A stretch of 64,000 bases of DNA from a virus (IMGVR_UViG_3300027792_000292:1-64000); one strand, 5' to 3'; positions 13,901-22,562 are shown, numbered from the stretch's first letter. Notes: a model not told the origin generated them from the sequence alone. Made by a program: numbers and translations.

Positions 13901-15130
13901 CTCAGAAGGGAAGCATTTCCTAATGACTGTATCTCAATAACTCCAGGACCCTCAGGAACAGGATTCTTTATATCTAATGGTAGTTATTCGATACAAGGTG
14001 GAGTTTTAACTGTACAAATTACTATTACATATACAGGAACTTATACACCACCCTCATTTGACCTTACGGACTCTTTGTATGATACGGTGCAAGAGCTAAG
14101 CGATGCTATTGTTCTTTTAAAGCCTTTTGTGGACTTCCCTGCATTATTCATATCACAGGTACTTAATAGCGGCTCTACAGCATCTGCTGAATTATTAGAT
14201 TCTGAGGGGACTCAAAGTATAGGGACTGACAGTAATCTGTACACGCATAAAACCATAAGCTATGGGTTGAACGGGTCTTTCTCTAATTTGATGACTAATA
14301 TAAATAGTGATACAGACACTACAGGGTTTTCAGCCACGGCTGTGGAGGGGTATAAGAGATATCCTTGTAAGTATCTGGTACCTGGAGAGGCTATCATAGT
14401 TCCAGGACAGACTATTATGTTACAGGGTGACTTTAGAGTATACCCAGCAATATATTTACTTAATATGGATACCCCAGGAACTATAAGTATCTCGGGGTCT
14501 GGGTTACCAAAAGTTATTACGGCTACAAAGCTTAATAAAACGTATACAGATAGTCTTAGTACAAGGAACTTAGTAGATTTAGTAGCTACTATCAAAGGAG
14601 ACATAAATACGCATCTTCTTGGAGTAACAGTGTTACCTATAGGTGTAGAAGGAACAACATATGGGCTACTAAATAATATAGCTATAAATATGAGTCTTAA
14701 CTCCCCGGAATCAACTGTTTCAACTACAAACAGAAGCGGGGCACATATTTATTTCGGATTTTTGGGAGATATTAGGTTCTATCAAATATCAGATTATAAT
14801 TTGAATTCACAGTTACAGTACATCAAGCGCAGATTGGCTAAGCCTTGGACAGATGAGAATGGAGTTGTAATTCCAGATTTCTACAATCGAGATGACTTCT
14901 CAGAATTTGAGTTTGGTATTAGTACCGACCAATTCCTTAATTACTTAAAAATTGGTAGGTTTCAGCAGATTGGAAATAGCATACAGAATGAAGCTATAAT
15001 AAACAATAAATATCTTTGGATATTTTTAAAGTTCCATAAGGAGTTCGGATGCGACCAGCTAGTAGAGGTGTACCAGAAACAGATAAAATCGAACAGTCGG
15101 GATGCAAACTTACTGGGAGCAGTGGGGTAA
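4943..15130 (+). CDS. Giant (3395 aa) virion structural protein, probably baseplate- or tail-associated
   Basis: Uninterrupted 10.2-kb ORF with SD GAGG. Rich in beta-strand residues. Repeated 'EGxDYxxxYxxGxI' and 'FxxSxYxTxxxLxxAI' motifs. Lies within the baseplate cluster. Confidence 0.75.
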   Translation: MAAEVFKLNTLDVSETEVRGTRVGLKNMPSTFTFDTNATYDAHLTGANYLIQASIGANNLKGYADFIKNSKVVQNVTGINPSQVVYGDVIRNDETMDFYTVTGMEGTDILLTQSYAGATTGASCTLRKKKLGSVQFEQVKSFNDEGKFYYNKNDQVWAITGIQPEGPYTAFYTGMQTFPGDQLVFTPLPSATPSASDISSVESIYKPLVENAENSVTDLSLSPIPFPHSSLKVFIGHTGSTIKKVEGEDYVVNYGQQPEYKFPFPPFQDRKVAYLKFLDKLDKEVQVKGIDSTFTGFFNVVKRKVIPQSQDFLTPIQNIIPNSETIQVNKEDKNRNYNYTIDYPSGLCAFINHNNSEVLIDSVTYQKNIIWDGVSILKGVGEKNVQNMSKLVIPPVSGLEGITGLMYFEDTDDNALTRGSDYILEYSSGAISIETEMKENEAVLVSYFVEGLDEESEDLPIVDIKTKKFPVMPNTITLTKRWRNAITGEAGSTVMTEGTDYEVFYLTGKISILTFVPNEEILTLSITYTPLSQINCILQPIPGSNTSYKMTLIDDSMKTMDALNMVYQIQNPMISVPVVDPFKASDDPTRTTYQSDPETFLSVKILGQPGFGFKNYTDEQLYALGIDNLIALGLSEAIGISEDQVRSLGITGVVNLGFDNSTVGLDITKYKYDSKTKLLTIKPEYNINSVPDANDTIVSSYSFEGDSLPYAPVEYSFPVFSAGTNYFVIEGFDRTDVLYPEMVVRIDNFDPENTYFFKIKSVSFDGDNTHIELYADFPDDIRNPSFSLFDDFMNWEDMPEGTTIDKTTMPKSSSIRLKGNTLALLTSLRPDSLLLLDNKYVYTVLSASANEVDKTVAVNIFPALQTTPHGVVQISRTPVYEESEVNIVSKFPILTDPAEPAFQISYAAPMNHEGTGSIIIDKQSIIITENVDGKLNPNAYVYKFSDYTTIKDIITAIRSTDSTFHTLDSTIPTYRPFTISSALNTEDYYLSLGDYSADLIIPFDEGIIVDLPYTVTIIPELYKWSLLEVFKNSPSFTIKATDKTSMFTNGNLMAFQNRVSGTTSYYEVSGSTGISGTTATDTQVTLKDTIRENIVNPNAYKFDNAVWVTAPVAISLINYDTSEITFVGDVVKYFRPGTMVKFDSRYIYAVVSVEFNINTTVVLEATLNKNVKIQNSSNYVQVTAYNILLGQKPTEPFFSITYTAPPGRTGEGHIKIDEDKVTLIEILDGGTRKEVEFKFSDFTDIYDLTLNMDTYEDFNVSGFTPFTADASAYQEELEQGKFVKYALPKTGGEVTIPYTILVAEKTFDIGYTRPVGHNSSASIKFFSDRLEITETDPTPIPAVKTTTINYVNKSVYDITDEIENIDSVVTGNKPFAVVLGTTGEQLGLGLFGYFAIAGNVDGPIGDFYSVKTTGAIIGWNLLGPLNIRRLVPEIDYIIEGGSITLTDSVLRGDRLKLSYMGLDALPDVAGKDVTCSCRFISSLPKGYSVFVYMDYINQDQFYLQTLTQRDFLEIVTVPQVQQIMGNKATGGGQGSDTAGDDNVRVYEGGTINLKYLLRDEEIKKDLYIKLWDWYKHRLRNFTSEEQVILGFKFGHSTAVGKSGSTFSLTDDSVEKLTVAPDVVVDNPDYTLTRLEDFNQIKRQFSKYFPMDYDDSAPLFYDRFGTEYQSYNECYIYNIKYTFEDGRPAIIEGRVKSVNPYWTKGLDYTILSQESETPVSGYTKAISSDDKVFKPSGLYDFLKRIDVGDQVKPDESEDYYDIGRILTGTDTSTTEGGTYEVLVLKDGQYFKEEGIKTVTMKVLSGGDYKNPADVKWEKKIKRLSADKTQTKTFTEYEAALSGEGYNINVNRKTVPFFPCYDDNFSLGAKIVGGKITGQRTDTDRIKKFSLYDLLKILFLPYPVPTPAENIRMTYGTYNEDTLKYDPIETIPINIADLSFFDQRKVSSIRDGIYNNTDDARKDTDEIVGLKKYFYISFEKIYTPNTKKGYIEGFVLRAKDRNLWFQFSVDDGEDVAEDYGFTGTPIFQNFYMPDNMYRYLLREKQGWEIEEDIIRDEFDIQDKIARAYQDGILNGPYSTFKEKSSGANDGFLPSVSNLLSGRIPTYAPHLDFLISDEGPLAKTISEGPNASEAIGKSYYEAVTAKSKYTNFRNEQDLAITTNANNLSTWTNDYVRWVLSLKEGTQFQKDARDSIRENSGVLTIGFKELPGISLKFNSNHPTYTVTNPLYGVYFVAAVSDHALVINAIFKSKANPNVNSPKSGTKVFKLSEYTTLQTLSDAVNQFYLDDGQDLISCTTVFEFHPYGSYPTVIFSDKESKIVIGKRLLDTAGPVNDVPTVAIPDTGATLLVCNVDDHRGVDPRVLFLDKKVDDYLRLDVTGGINVKVFPRYVSNNNENKKILDELELPVSGHWAVSPTDFPSNYFQVLTVGPAKATWSMSYKFVDTDVNGQVRDYSTPQSEIDLYRSTPMSQEKYNEMINRGLDSPKVFILKELVLTKIGSTTISFHYNLRQYDTIYSLATAIDSTRQITEEFNIRDSSTYTIKTKNENISKSYGTEIQVVAKVTNISKEQDYDISTYTISADGKEIMLDATNSTNSSIGMSDSDIIKVQYAYLSLSRSAGGDKIFKVTNPDLSSSITDQGQMKSYEIKSEYKAQALPYEAEILVPTYDPITGLQDGTTTEYKGNITIGWTLQSEDLKPGQSATFEMAEKRYSELTTYRFIPNSPADSRADLLSNRRVDTLAFDLYSWDNNAYYQVVYRVREGKIVENNIILTSDYVNCTIPLIEGELLYDTSGRGNGLINRINSNPACNKYFFAHLKFNRSNDGLFEYTYLPETAITRVVKANLDTLYLGIDDVITIDSLGKNFTYQVVPIATPPLDTSIVNEASTLLLDADVKTLRLGVSSSYNSVTSETYNLDSTGSLLTLSANYSYNYNFTQTFVLSSYTLDTLTSTLNALDIPHYLGNPVFSAVKNPAVSGALSAAVLNSAVGNILRREAFPNDCISITPGPSGTGFFISNGSYSIQGGVLTVQITITYTGTYTPPSFDLTDSLYDTVQELSDAIVLLKPFVDFPALFISQVLNSGSTASAELLDSEGTQSIGTDSNLYTHKTISYGLNGSFSNLMTNINSDTDTTGFSATAVEGYKRYPCKYLVPGEAIIVPGQTIMLQGDFRVYPAIYLLNMDTPGTISISGSGLPKVITATKLNKTYTDSLSTRNLVDLVATIKGDINTHLLGVTVLPIGVEGTTYGLLNNIAINMSLNSPESTVSTTNRSGAHIYFGFLGDIRFYQISDYNLNSQLQYIKRRLAKPWTDENGVVIPDFYNRDDFSEFEFGISTDQFLNYLKIGRFQQIGNSIQNEAIINNKYLWIFLKFHKEFGCDQLVEVYQKQIKSNSRDANLLGAVG

Positions 15131-15144
15131 AAGCTCAATGGAAA

Positions 15145-15267
15145 ATGATTGAGCCTACAAAGCGTGATGCTCCTATATTGAAAGAGCTATTTGAGCCTGT
15201 TATGGTAGCACTAGGTAAAGTAATAGAGGAAGAGAAAAAGAAGTATAAAGAATATTTAAAGAGGTAG
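15145..15267 (+). CDS. Small hypothetical protein (start uncertain; alternative ATG at 15049)
   Basis: Fills the gap between two large genes. Helical, charged sequence MIEPTKRDAPILKELF...KEYLKR. Its stop lies 2 nt before the next ATG. Confidence 0.4.
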   Translation: MIEPTKRDAPILKELFEPVMVALGKVIEEEKKKYKEYLKR

Positions 15268-15269
15268 AT

Positions 15270-16925
15270 ATGTCTGTTAGATTTGTACCAAGTAGAAAAT
15301 CATTATATGTAGTACCTAAGATAGATAAGTCTATTGGTAGTCCGACTACTGTAGATATTAATGATATTAATATTCCAGATTCATTAAATGATTCTAATAA
15401 TATATTGAATAAATCTGGCGGAAGATACGATTGGAAAGATTTCACTTTAGGTATAGATGTATCTAAGTATAAGGATTTTGTAGATGGTGCTAATAAATTT
15501 TTGACTTTTATGGACAATGTTGTTACAAAGCCACTTACTATAGCAGTAAGGCTTTTAAGATTAGTATCAAGTGACATAAAATCAGTTAATAGATTATTAG
15601 GGGTAGTTATAAGAGTTCTAGTTAAGAAGATACAACAGTTCATAGAATCATTAGCTTCCTTCCCTATTGCAGCTACAGTAATAATACCAGACGTAGATAA
15701 AAGGGTATATAACTTTGAGAACCCACTTAATTATGGTTTTGATGAGCTAAAAGCGAGAGTGACTTCAGCATGCTTAGATATAAATGATCCTTATGCTCCT
15801 AAGTTTGGTCCAGAGTCAAAAGTAGGAGGGCTTGTTATAGCTGGGATGGCGGGTCAGAATGATCCTGATAATTTTTCTAATATGCTTGAGAATTTTGAAA
15901 TATTAGCTAGTCTTTTTGGTATAAGTAATCCCATGCCCTCTCGTCCTACTAATGTTATGGCAACTCCAAGTTTAAGTAAGAAGAAAGAATGGCTGGAGGA
16001 TCATCCTCCAATAATTACTATATCTTGGAACCACCCTGGGACTAATGGTATCCATGGATTTTGGGTATATAGATGCAAAATATACGATGGAGTAAATAAA
16101 TCTATTACTGTTAATGGGGCGGACCAAAATATATTGATTTATGAAGATTCAGATTTTGAGCCTGTGTATATAAAGTCTTTAATAGGAAGACCTAAATATA
16201 GTTTGGAGGATAAAAACGTAATAGAAGGAACAAAATACTTTTACATAGTTTATAGCGTACCTAGTAAAAACTGGTTTACAAAGAAGCCTATATATGAGGA
16301 TATAAGGAGTCCTATAGCATCTAATAGAGTAACAGCTACGCCAGTTAAGTGCATTCCTATCTCTGAGCTTCAGAAGTATATGATTTTGGATCAGGATGGT
16401 AATACAGTAGATCCAGAGAGCATAAAAACTCAATGGCTATCACTAAGTATTAGATCCCTGTTAGGGCCATCTTTTGGTTTTATTTTTGATCGGATGAATT
16501 CTTTTTCAGAGTCTCTTATTGGGTTTACGACAACCAGCAGTGACGCTGCTACAAATTTTGTGGATTTTTATGCCAATAAGATACAAGGGTATCTTTCAAT
16601 AGTAACATCTATAAAGAACATTATTAATATACTACTTTCTTATAGATTAAAGGGTACTATCATGTACCTGACCTTGGACTTCGAGCAGGGCGGAACTGAA
16701 GGATTTGTTAAGAGGTTCAACGAAGCTACCATGGACCCCGAGGCAGTAGATGTGAGGGGGGTATATTTTGGAATTGTGATAGTAGCTGGTTTTCCAGTTA
16801 TAAATAAAGACACGGCAAAACTATATTTTCCAAAAAATGAGGCTGATGAGTATGAAAGGGAGCTTAAGAACTCAATGAGTGCTTGGAACTTTTTCCAAGA
16901 GACTTTAATAGGTGGGGGCAAATAA
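15270..16925 (+). CDS. Hypothetical structural protein with central fibronectin-III-like domain
   Basis: FN3-like signature 'PSRPTNVMATP...ITISWNHP...GFWVYR...LEDKNVIEGTKYFYIVYS' flanked by helical segments. Confidence 0.6.
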   Translation: MSVRFVPSRKSLYVVPKIDKSIGSPTTVDINDINIPDSLNDSNNILNKSGGRYDWKDFTLGIDVSKYKDFVDGANKFLTFMDNVVTKPLTIAVRLLRLVSSDIKSVNRLLGVVIRVLVKKIQQFIESLASFPIAATVIIPDVDKRVYNFENPLNYGFDELKARVTSACLDINDPYAPKFGPESKVGGLVIAGMAGQNDPDNFSNMLENFEILASLFGISNPMPSRPTNVMATPSLSKKKEWLEDHPPIITISWNHPGTNGIHGFWVYRCKIYDGVNKSITVNGADQNILIYEDSDFEPVYIKSLIGRPKYSLEDKNVIEGTKYFYIVYSVPSKNWFTKKPIYEDIRSPIASNRVTATPVKCIPISELQKYMILDQDGNTVDPESIKTQWLSLSIRSLLGPSFGFIFDRMNSFSESLIGFTTTSSDAATNFVDFYANKIQGYLSIVTSIKNIINILLSYRLKGTIMYLTLDFEQGGTEGFVKRFNEATMDPEAVDVRGVYFGIVIVAGFPVINKDTAKLYFPKNEADEYERELKNSMSAWNFFQETLIGGGK

Positions 16926-18376
16926 TGTTTAGGCCAGATGACTCTGACGTAAGAGTAACCGATAGAAAAGATGACGTTGTTACTTTTTATGATCTTTTGG
17001 AACTTAGTGCTACTTCAGGTGATGCTTGTAATAAGATAAAAAACTCACTTAAGATAAAACAGAAACAATTGCAATCTCAGATTACTAAGCTATTGCAACA
17101 AAGAGCAAGATTCATATTAGGTAAGGATATACTAACTAAAACTGGTAATCCTGAAGATACGGCACCCGTTGATCAAAGAAATGAATTTTCAGATAAGGAC
17201 CCTGAGTCTCAACAGACACGCCAGGATAATATAAAGTCATATGGTGTAAATCCCACTGACCAACAAAAGGCCAAAGCTGAAAATGAGATACGAGAAGTCA
17301 TCCCTTTTGAAAAAACTTTGAGAGACTATGACTATCTTATAGCAAGACTGAAGTTAGAGGAACAGAGGCTATCCACACTGGTAAGAAAGTATGAGGTTCA
17401 GTATAAGAACTGGTCAAATAACGTTATACAAAAAAATTCAGAGTATAACCAATACCAATTGATATTGGATGAGTATAATACACTTATTGATGCCTTAATA
17501 GATCTTATAGATATAGTACATGATATACCTAATGACCTTAGTACTACAGATGCTATGACAGACTTTATAAAAAAGTTGAATCAAAGAACTTTTAGATATA
17601 ATACAAAGAGAAAAGCTGTAATAGAGATAGCTACAGATACCTTAGATGTACCTAATTTTCCAGGAGTAAATACAGTTACTGACTTAATAGCCTACTTACA
17701 ATTCAAAGTAGGGGAAAATTTAATACAGCTATTTGTTAAAGTAGAGAATAAAAAAATAGTTTTAGATACTTTAGGAAAGTATAAGGATACGCTTATAGAA
17801 GAAAAACTGTCTATTATAGATAGACAGTCTAAAGCATTATCTGGTGGTGAGGCTATAGATAATGAGAAAGTTAAAAGACTTAAGAATAAGATAAGTAATC
17901 ATATATCTTCAGAGGCTTTGAATAATATTATTGCTAAAGATTATACCCCTGTCTTTCTTAGTGACAAGATAAAGAAGCTAAGAGAAGTTAGAAATGCTAA
18001 GTTGAAACAGTTTGCGGAAGCTTTAAAGATTGCAGACGGAGACTGGACTAAGTTGGCTGCAAATATACAAAAGGATTTTAGTTTCCTCATTAAGAAGATG
18101 GTTACTTTGGATAAGAATTTTGTTAATGCCCAGAATATACTATATGGGGCTGCTAATAAGTCTTTAGAGCAATTTTGGAGAGACAAAATACGTAAAAAGT
18201 ATGGAGGAAGCATTCCTTTCTGTGATGAGACTGCGGTAGCATCAGGTACTACGACTACCTTCATAAAGAAGGCTGATGTTGTCTATGTTAATGGGGTAGC
18301 TATGGATAAAAGAGTTATTCAGGCACAAAAAGCTAGGGACCAACTACTTATAGATGACCCAGAGCTTAGAGTCTAA
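16925..18376 (+). CDS. Coiled-coil hypothetical protein
   Basis: Start moved to the ATG at 16925 (TAATG overlap with the upstream stop; SD GGTGGGG). Long heptad-rich K/Q/L/E segments. Confidence 0.65.
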   Translation: MFRPDDSDVRVTDRKDDVVTFYDLLELSATSGDACNKIKNSLKIKQKQLQSQITKLLQQRARFILGKDILTKTGNPEDTAPVDQRNEFSDKDPESQQTRQDNIKSYGVNPTDQQKAKAENEIREVIPFEKTLRDYDYLIARLKLEEQRLSTLVRKYEVQYKNWSNNVIQKNSEYNQYQLILDEYNTLIDALIDLIDIVHDIPNDLSTTDAMTDFIKKLNQRTFRYNTKRKAVIEIATDTLDVPNFPGVNTVTDLIAYLQFKVGENLIQLFVKVENKKIVLDTLGKYKDTLIEEKLSIIDRQSKALSGGEAIDNEKVKRLKNKISNHISSEALNNIIAKDYTPVFLSDKIKKLREVRNAKLKQFAEALKIADGDWTKLAANIQKDFSFLIKKMVTLDKNFVNAQNILYGAANKSLEQFWRDKIRKKYGGSIPFCDETAVASGTTTTFIKKADVVYVNGVAMDKRVIQAQKARDQLLIDDPELRV

Positions 18377-18388
18377 TAATCTCCTAAT
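18374..18388 (+). promoter_or_regulatory. Putative late-promoter motif TAATAATCTnnTAAT
   Basis: TAATAATCT-CC-TAAT, 14 nt before the ATG at 18403. The same motif recurs at 40473 and 46182, and as a variant at 28802. Confidence 0.55.
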
Positions 18389-18402
18389 TATTGAGGCTTT
18401 AT

Positions 18403-19149
18403 ATGTCTATCGATTTAAAAATACAGAATAAGTGTGACCATAAGATAAACTGGGATACAGGTGTCTTAAGCTTGGATGCTAAGAGAATAGACGTTACATA
18501 TCCAATAGCTTCTAAAGCATCCGTAGCTCTTAAGGTTAATTTTATATTAGTAGATAAGAGTGCCTATAGTGTACAGGAAGATACAACAGACCTTACACTA
18601 CAAAAAATGTCATATTTATCCTTGAGGCAGAAGATAAAAATTTTTAATCCTATTATAGAGGTAAGCTATACAACTTTTACTAATTCTTGCCCAAAGTGTG
18701 AAGGAGCCCGATACTTGGATGATCTTACATATACTTCTGGAGGAGACTTACTAACTACGCGAGATGAGTTTCTTCTTATACAAAACGTTGAAAAGTATAT
18801 AGTTACAAGGTTAGGGAGTAATAAGTATCAGACATGGATGGGTACTGGACTACAAGATATGATAGGTATGAAGATTTTAGACGGTCAATTACTTACTACT
18901 AAGATAACTGAAGAAATAAATACGACAATAGATAAACTGAAGGACATGCAGAAGCAGCTGGTGGCTACTGGTCGTCCAGTTTCATCGGGAGAATTATTTG
19001 GACAGCTTCTTTCCGTTGATGTTCAACAGGATCAAACAGACCCTACTACTTTGCAGGTTGTAGTTAGTTTTACAGCTCAAAGTGGAAAAAAGTTAGAATA
19101 TACTCAACTTCTTGAGTTGAGTCAACTTAGACAAAGGATAGCTAGTTAA
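18403..19149 (+). CDS. Baseplate wedge protein, gp25/GPW-like C-terminal domain with CxxC motif
   Basis: ATG at 18403 after SD GAGG. Has 'CDH' and 'CPKCEG'. The C-terminal 'LIQNVEKYIVTRLGSNKYQTWMGTGL...VDVQQDQTDPTTLQVVVSF' resembles gp25. Precedes baseplate J. Confidence 0.7.
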   Translation: MSIDLKIQNKCDHKINWDTGVLSLDAKRIDVTYPIASKASVALKVNFILVDKSAYSVQEDTTDLTLQKMSYLSLRQKIKIFNPIIEVSYTTFTNSCPKCEGARYLDDLTYTSGGDLLTTRDEFLLIQNVEKYIVTRLGSNKYQTWMGTGLQDMIGMKILDGQLLTTKITEEINTTIDKLKDMQKQLVATGRPVSSGELFGQLLSVDVQQDQTDPTTLQVVVSFTAQSGKKLEYTQLLELSQLRQRIAS

Positions 19150-22100
19150 TGACAGTAGCATCCCCTATAATACTGTATCCTATAACTTCTTGGACATCTC
19201 CAGGTACGAGTAGTATATACTATACCTCTAATCTTGTACAGGATATTTCAGGGACTATTCCTTTTGACCCCGAGGCATTAGAAGACAATGCTTTTTTTAC
19301 CGTAGAGTTTAGGTACCTGCTTACAAGAGACGGAGTTACAGACCCCTATTCTAATTGGACTACAACAGGTATTACAGTAGGAACAACATATATTAATGTA
19401 ACTGAGATTCCGTGGTATCTAAGTACAGACGGAATAGTTGAGTTTTTAAATGGGGATAGTATACTTTTTGAGTTTAAAACAGTAAAGAGAATAAGTGTTA
19501 ATCAGGGCCCAGGATATTTTATAGAGGAAAGTACTACTTCCTCTGTTACTGCAAGTTTAGTTAGGGATACCTCCATAACTTCAAGTATAGGTATACCTAC
19601 TGGGGTAAAGATAAAAAGAGCTAAGGATACTATAAAAGTAATGGTTCCAGTTGATGCCATTACTCCTAATTCAAACAGTGATATAGTAGGTGTGAACTTC
19701 TATGTAAGTCTTACCCCTGGTGGTGGGTCTAACGGTTATGTCCAAATGAATGAAACCTACGTTACTGAGATAGATGATATTGAAACAGAAACAGTAGCTA
19801 TAGCAGATACCTCGATTACGGATACCACAGGGGATATTACAGTTCAGACTATAAAAACAAGGCAGGTAGATAACGAATATCTCACTTTTTCCCTTACCTC
19901 AGTGGTACTTACAAGACTGGTAACAGAGGGAAAGATATCTAATGTATTTCTTTCTGATGGCGCGACTCTTAATCAAGATATCATTTATTATTTTGCAGCT
20001 ACAGCAGTAGCTTTTGATAGGTCTTTGAATCAAGTGATTGAGAGTAGCTTCTCTGTTGAGTTAGAGGGTGGATTTTTAAATCTGACTTCTCAATTTAGAG
20101 ACTTACCTGGAAGGTCTCGTTCTGATGTTCTTTTTTCCATATCAAAGACATTAATGAGCGATAATAATGTAATTAATGTTATAGGTGGATCTGTAGTAAG
20201 GGATACTATAGATCCTGTATCTAATGAGTTTGAAAGATATTACGTAATTCAAGATTTTGCGTTTAAGATACTATCTTTAGATGCTTTACTAACTTTTGAT
20301 GACAGTGACGGAGATGGGGTCAGTGACCCTATGAGTTATAATATAGGTAAGAAGAGATTAGCGGACGCTTTAAATATAAAGGATGGAGCCACTCTTCAGG
20401 TATTAATAGATGATCAGTTTGATAAGAAGGCATCTGATTATAATATAATAAGAAATGAAGCAACTAAATCTCGTGGAAAAGTCACATTTTATGTTAATAG
20501 CGCTCCTACTACCAGTATCATAATATCGAGTGGGACAATAGTTACTTATCCAGGAGATTCTTCCCAAGGAATAAATTCTGTAAATTTCTCAGTCATAGGC
20601 ACCAGAATAATCGATGCTTCAAACCCTGAGTACTATTTCAATACTATAAAAAATAGGTATGAAATAGTAGCAGATATAGAGGCTCCCTTAGCAGGATTTG
20701 GCGGAAATGTTCCAGCTAATTCAATAACTGTAGTTACTGGCCTACCATCTACAGTTCAGGTAGTAAATGAAGATCCTACCGATTTTGGAGAGAATAGAGA
20801 AAACAATACCAAATTAGTAGAGAGATGCAAACTTGGTATAGCATCTGTAGATAGAGGGACTGAGGCAGGGTATGCAAGAGTCGCTATGGACATACCAGGA
20901 GTAGAACAGGTAAGGACTGAAGTAGCGGGCGACGGTCTCATGGTAAGAGATTTTGATGCTGATTCCAATAAACATATTGGTGGTAAAGTAGACCTATATA
21001 TAAAAGGAAGTCGTGTATTACAGTATGCAGACCAGGTGGCTTTCAAGTTTGAGCATCCAACTGATGTCTATGGGAAACAGACGGGAGAGCAGTTCTTTGT
21101 AACTAGCGCCTCTGATTTTAGAGTAATAACAAAAAATCCAAAAGTAACATCTACAACACCGATTGTTATTGTTAATAGGGTAAGAAATATAACAAGAGGA
21201 AAAGATTACAGCCTTACTAATTATAGTATCATAGGAGATGGTGATACTATACTGTTATCCCCTAATCAGACAAATTTAGTGATAGGTATGGCTACATTGG
21301 ATGTTATAGAGGTAGACTATACTTATATAAGTTCTAATGTTCTTGTTTTGCAACATCAGCCTGTATTAGATATCGTTTCTGTCTATAGGTCAGATGGGTC
21401 ACAGGTTCCACAGGACCAATACAGGCTTGTAGAGTTAGAAGATCCTCTTTTAACAGGGGAGTCGTCATTGTCAAGTTATGGGATAGAATTCTTATTTCAA
21501 GATAATGAAAGAGTTTTTGGACAGACTGATATTGAATTTAGGACGGTAACTGGGGAACTCCATGATATGATACTTAATCTTCCCGCTCAACTGAATCTAA
21601 AGGGAGTGGACCTTTCATCTATAGTAGTTAAGAATTCCGAGGATTTGACTATTATATATAAAAACAACATAGATTATACTATCACAGTAGGCAGTGAGGT
21701 GGATAGCACCTACGTTAATCTACTTCAGTTTAGTAAAATAAGATCTGGAGCCAGGGTCTCAGTAGATTATCAAGCTAATGAAAATTTCTTGGTAACTTAC
21801 ACAGCAAATAGTCTTATTTCACAGGTTCAGACTTCCGTAGATAGTATGAAGCATGCGACAGCTGATGTTCTTGTTAAGCAGGCTATAGGAAATAAAATAG
21901 ACTTAAGTATGGTCGTTGTAAAGTCAGGGAGTGTTGATCAAAGATTTATCGAATCGGATAGAACTATAATGAAGTCTCGTATCCAGACATCTATATCTAA
22001 TTATCTTGATAAACTTAAGATGGGAGAGACTTTTACTCAATCGGCTCTTGTTGATGTCGTAAGGAAAGTGCCTGGGGTAAAAAGTGTTCAACTACCTCTA

Positions 22101-22562
22101 CAGAGAATGATGAAGAGAAATGGCTCTTTCATTCCATTAGATGATCTCGGAAATCTTACTTTTGAAGTGTACCAGAGAACAAGTAGTAGTGGAGTCACAT
22201 CATACAGGACTCTTAACAGTGCTCTTACATACAGCACAACTGAAAACGGTGGGGAATCTAATCTTTTCAGAGCTATATATGAAGATAATATAACTCTTCT
22301 TCTTATGACTAACCCGAATGATGTAGCTAAAGGGCCAGGAAGAGCCTATATACAGGCTGATGGGAAGATCGTTGTAAGCACAAAAGATGGAGCCCCTCCG
22401 CAGACTAAGAATTACAAAGCAGCATACTATGTCTTATATCCAGCTGATGAGATATTGTCCCATGATATAACAACAAGTGAGATAGAGTATTTGTTAGTAG
22501 ATTCTGTAAGTTTGAAGGACATAGATATAGTAGAGGATTCAGCGGTCAAAAAAGGATTATAA
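19149..22562 (+). CDS. Baseplate J-like (gp6/gp47) wedge protein
   Basis: Baseplate-J hallmarks: 'GSVVRDTIDP', 'IIRNEATKSRGKVTFY', 'GFGGNVPANSIT', 'GENRENNTKLVER', 'GTEAGYARVAMDIPGVEQV', 'GGKVDLYI', 'LKMGETFTQSALVDVVRKVPGV'. Confidence 0.85.
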   Translation: MTVASPIILYPITSWTSPGTSSIYYTSNLVQDISGTIPFDPEALEDNAFFTVEFRYLLTRDGVTDPYSNWTTTGITVGTTYINVTEIPWYLSTDGIVEFLNGDSILFEFKTVKRISVNQGPGYFIEESTTSSVTASLVRDTSITSSIGIPTGVKIKRAKDTIKVMVPVDAITPNSNSDIVGVNFYVSLTPGGGSNGYVQMNETYVTEIDDIETETVAIADTSITDTTGDITVQTIKTRQVDNEYLTFSLTSVVLTRLVTEGKISNVFLSDGATLNQDIIYYFAATAVAFDRSLNQVIESSFSVELEGGFLNLTSQFRDLPGRSRSDVLFSISKTLMSDNNVINVIGGSVVRDTIDPVSNEFERYYVIQDFAFKILSLDALLTFDDSDGDGVSDPMSYNIGKKRLADALNIKDGATLQVLIDDQFDKKASDYNIIRNEATKSRGKVTFYVNSAPTTSIIISSGTIVTYPGDSSQGINSVNFSVIGTRIIDASNPEYYFNTIKNRYEIVADIEAPLAGFGGNVPANSITVVTGLPSTVQVVNEDPTDFGENRENNTKLVERCKLGIASVDRGTEAGYARVAMDIPGVEQVRTEVAGDGLMVRDFDADSNKHIGGKVDLYIKGSRVLQYADQVAFKFEHPTDVYGKQTGEQFFVTSASDFRVITKNPKVTSTTPIVIVNRVRNITRGKDYSLTNYSIIGDGDTILLSPNQTNLVIGMATLDVIEVDYTYISSNVLVLQHQPVLDIVSVYRSDGSQVPQDQYRLVELEDPLLTGESSLSSYGIEFLFQDNERVFGQTDIEFRTVTGELHDMILNLPAQLNLKGVDLSSIVVKNSEDLTIIYKNNIDYTITVGSEVDSTYVNLLQFSKIRSGARVSVDYQANENFLVTYTANSLISQVQTSVDSMKHATADVLVKQAIGNKIDLSMVVVKSGSVDQRFIESDRTIMKSRIQTSISNYLDKLKMGETFTQSALVDVVRKVPGVKSVQLPLQRMMKRNGSFIPLDDLGNLTFEVYQRTSSSGVTSYRTLNSALTYSTTENGGESNLFRAIYEDNITLLLMTNPNDVAKGPGRAYIQADGKIVVSTKDGAPPQTKNYKAAYYVLYPADEILSHDITTSEIEYLLVDSVSLKDIDIVEDSAVKKGL

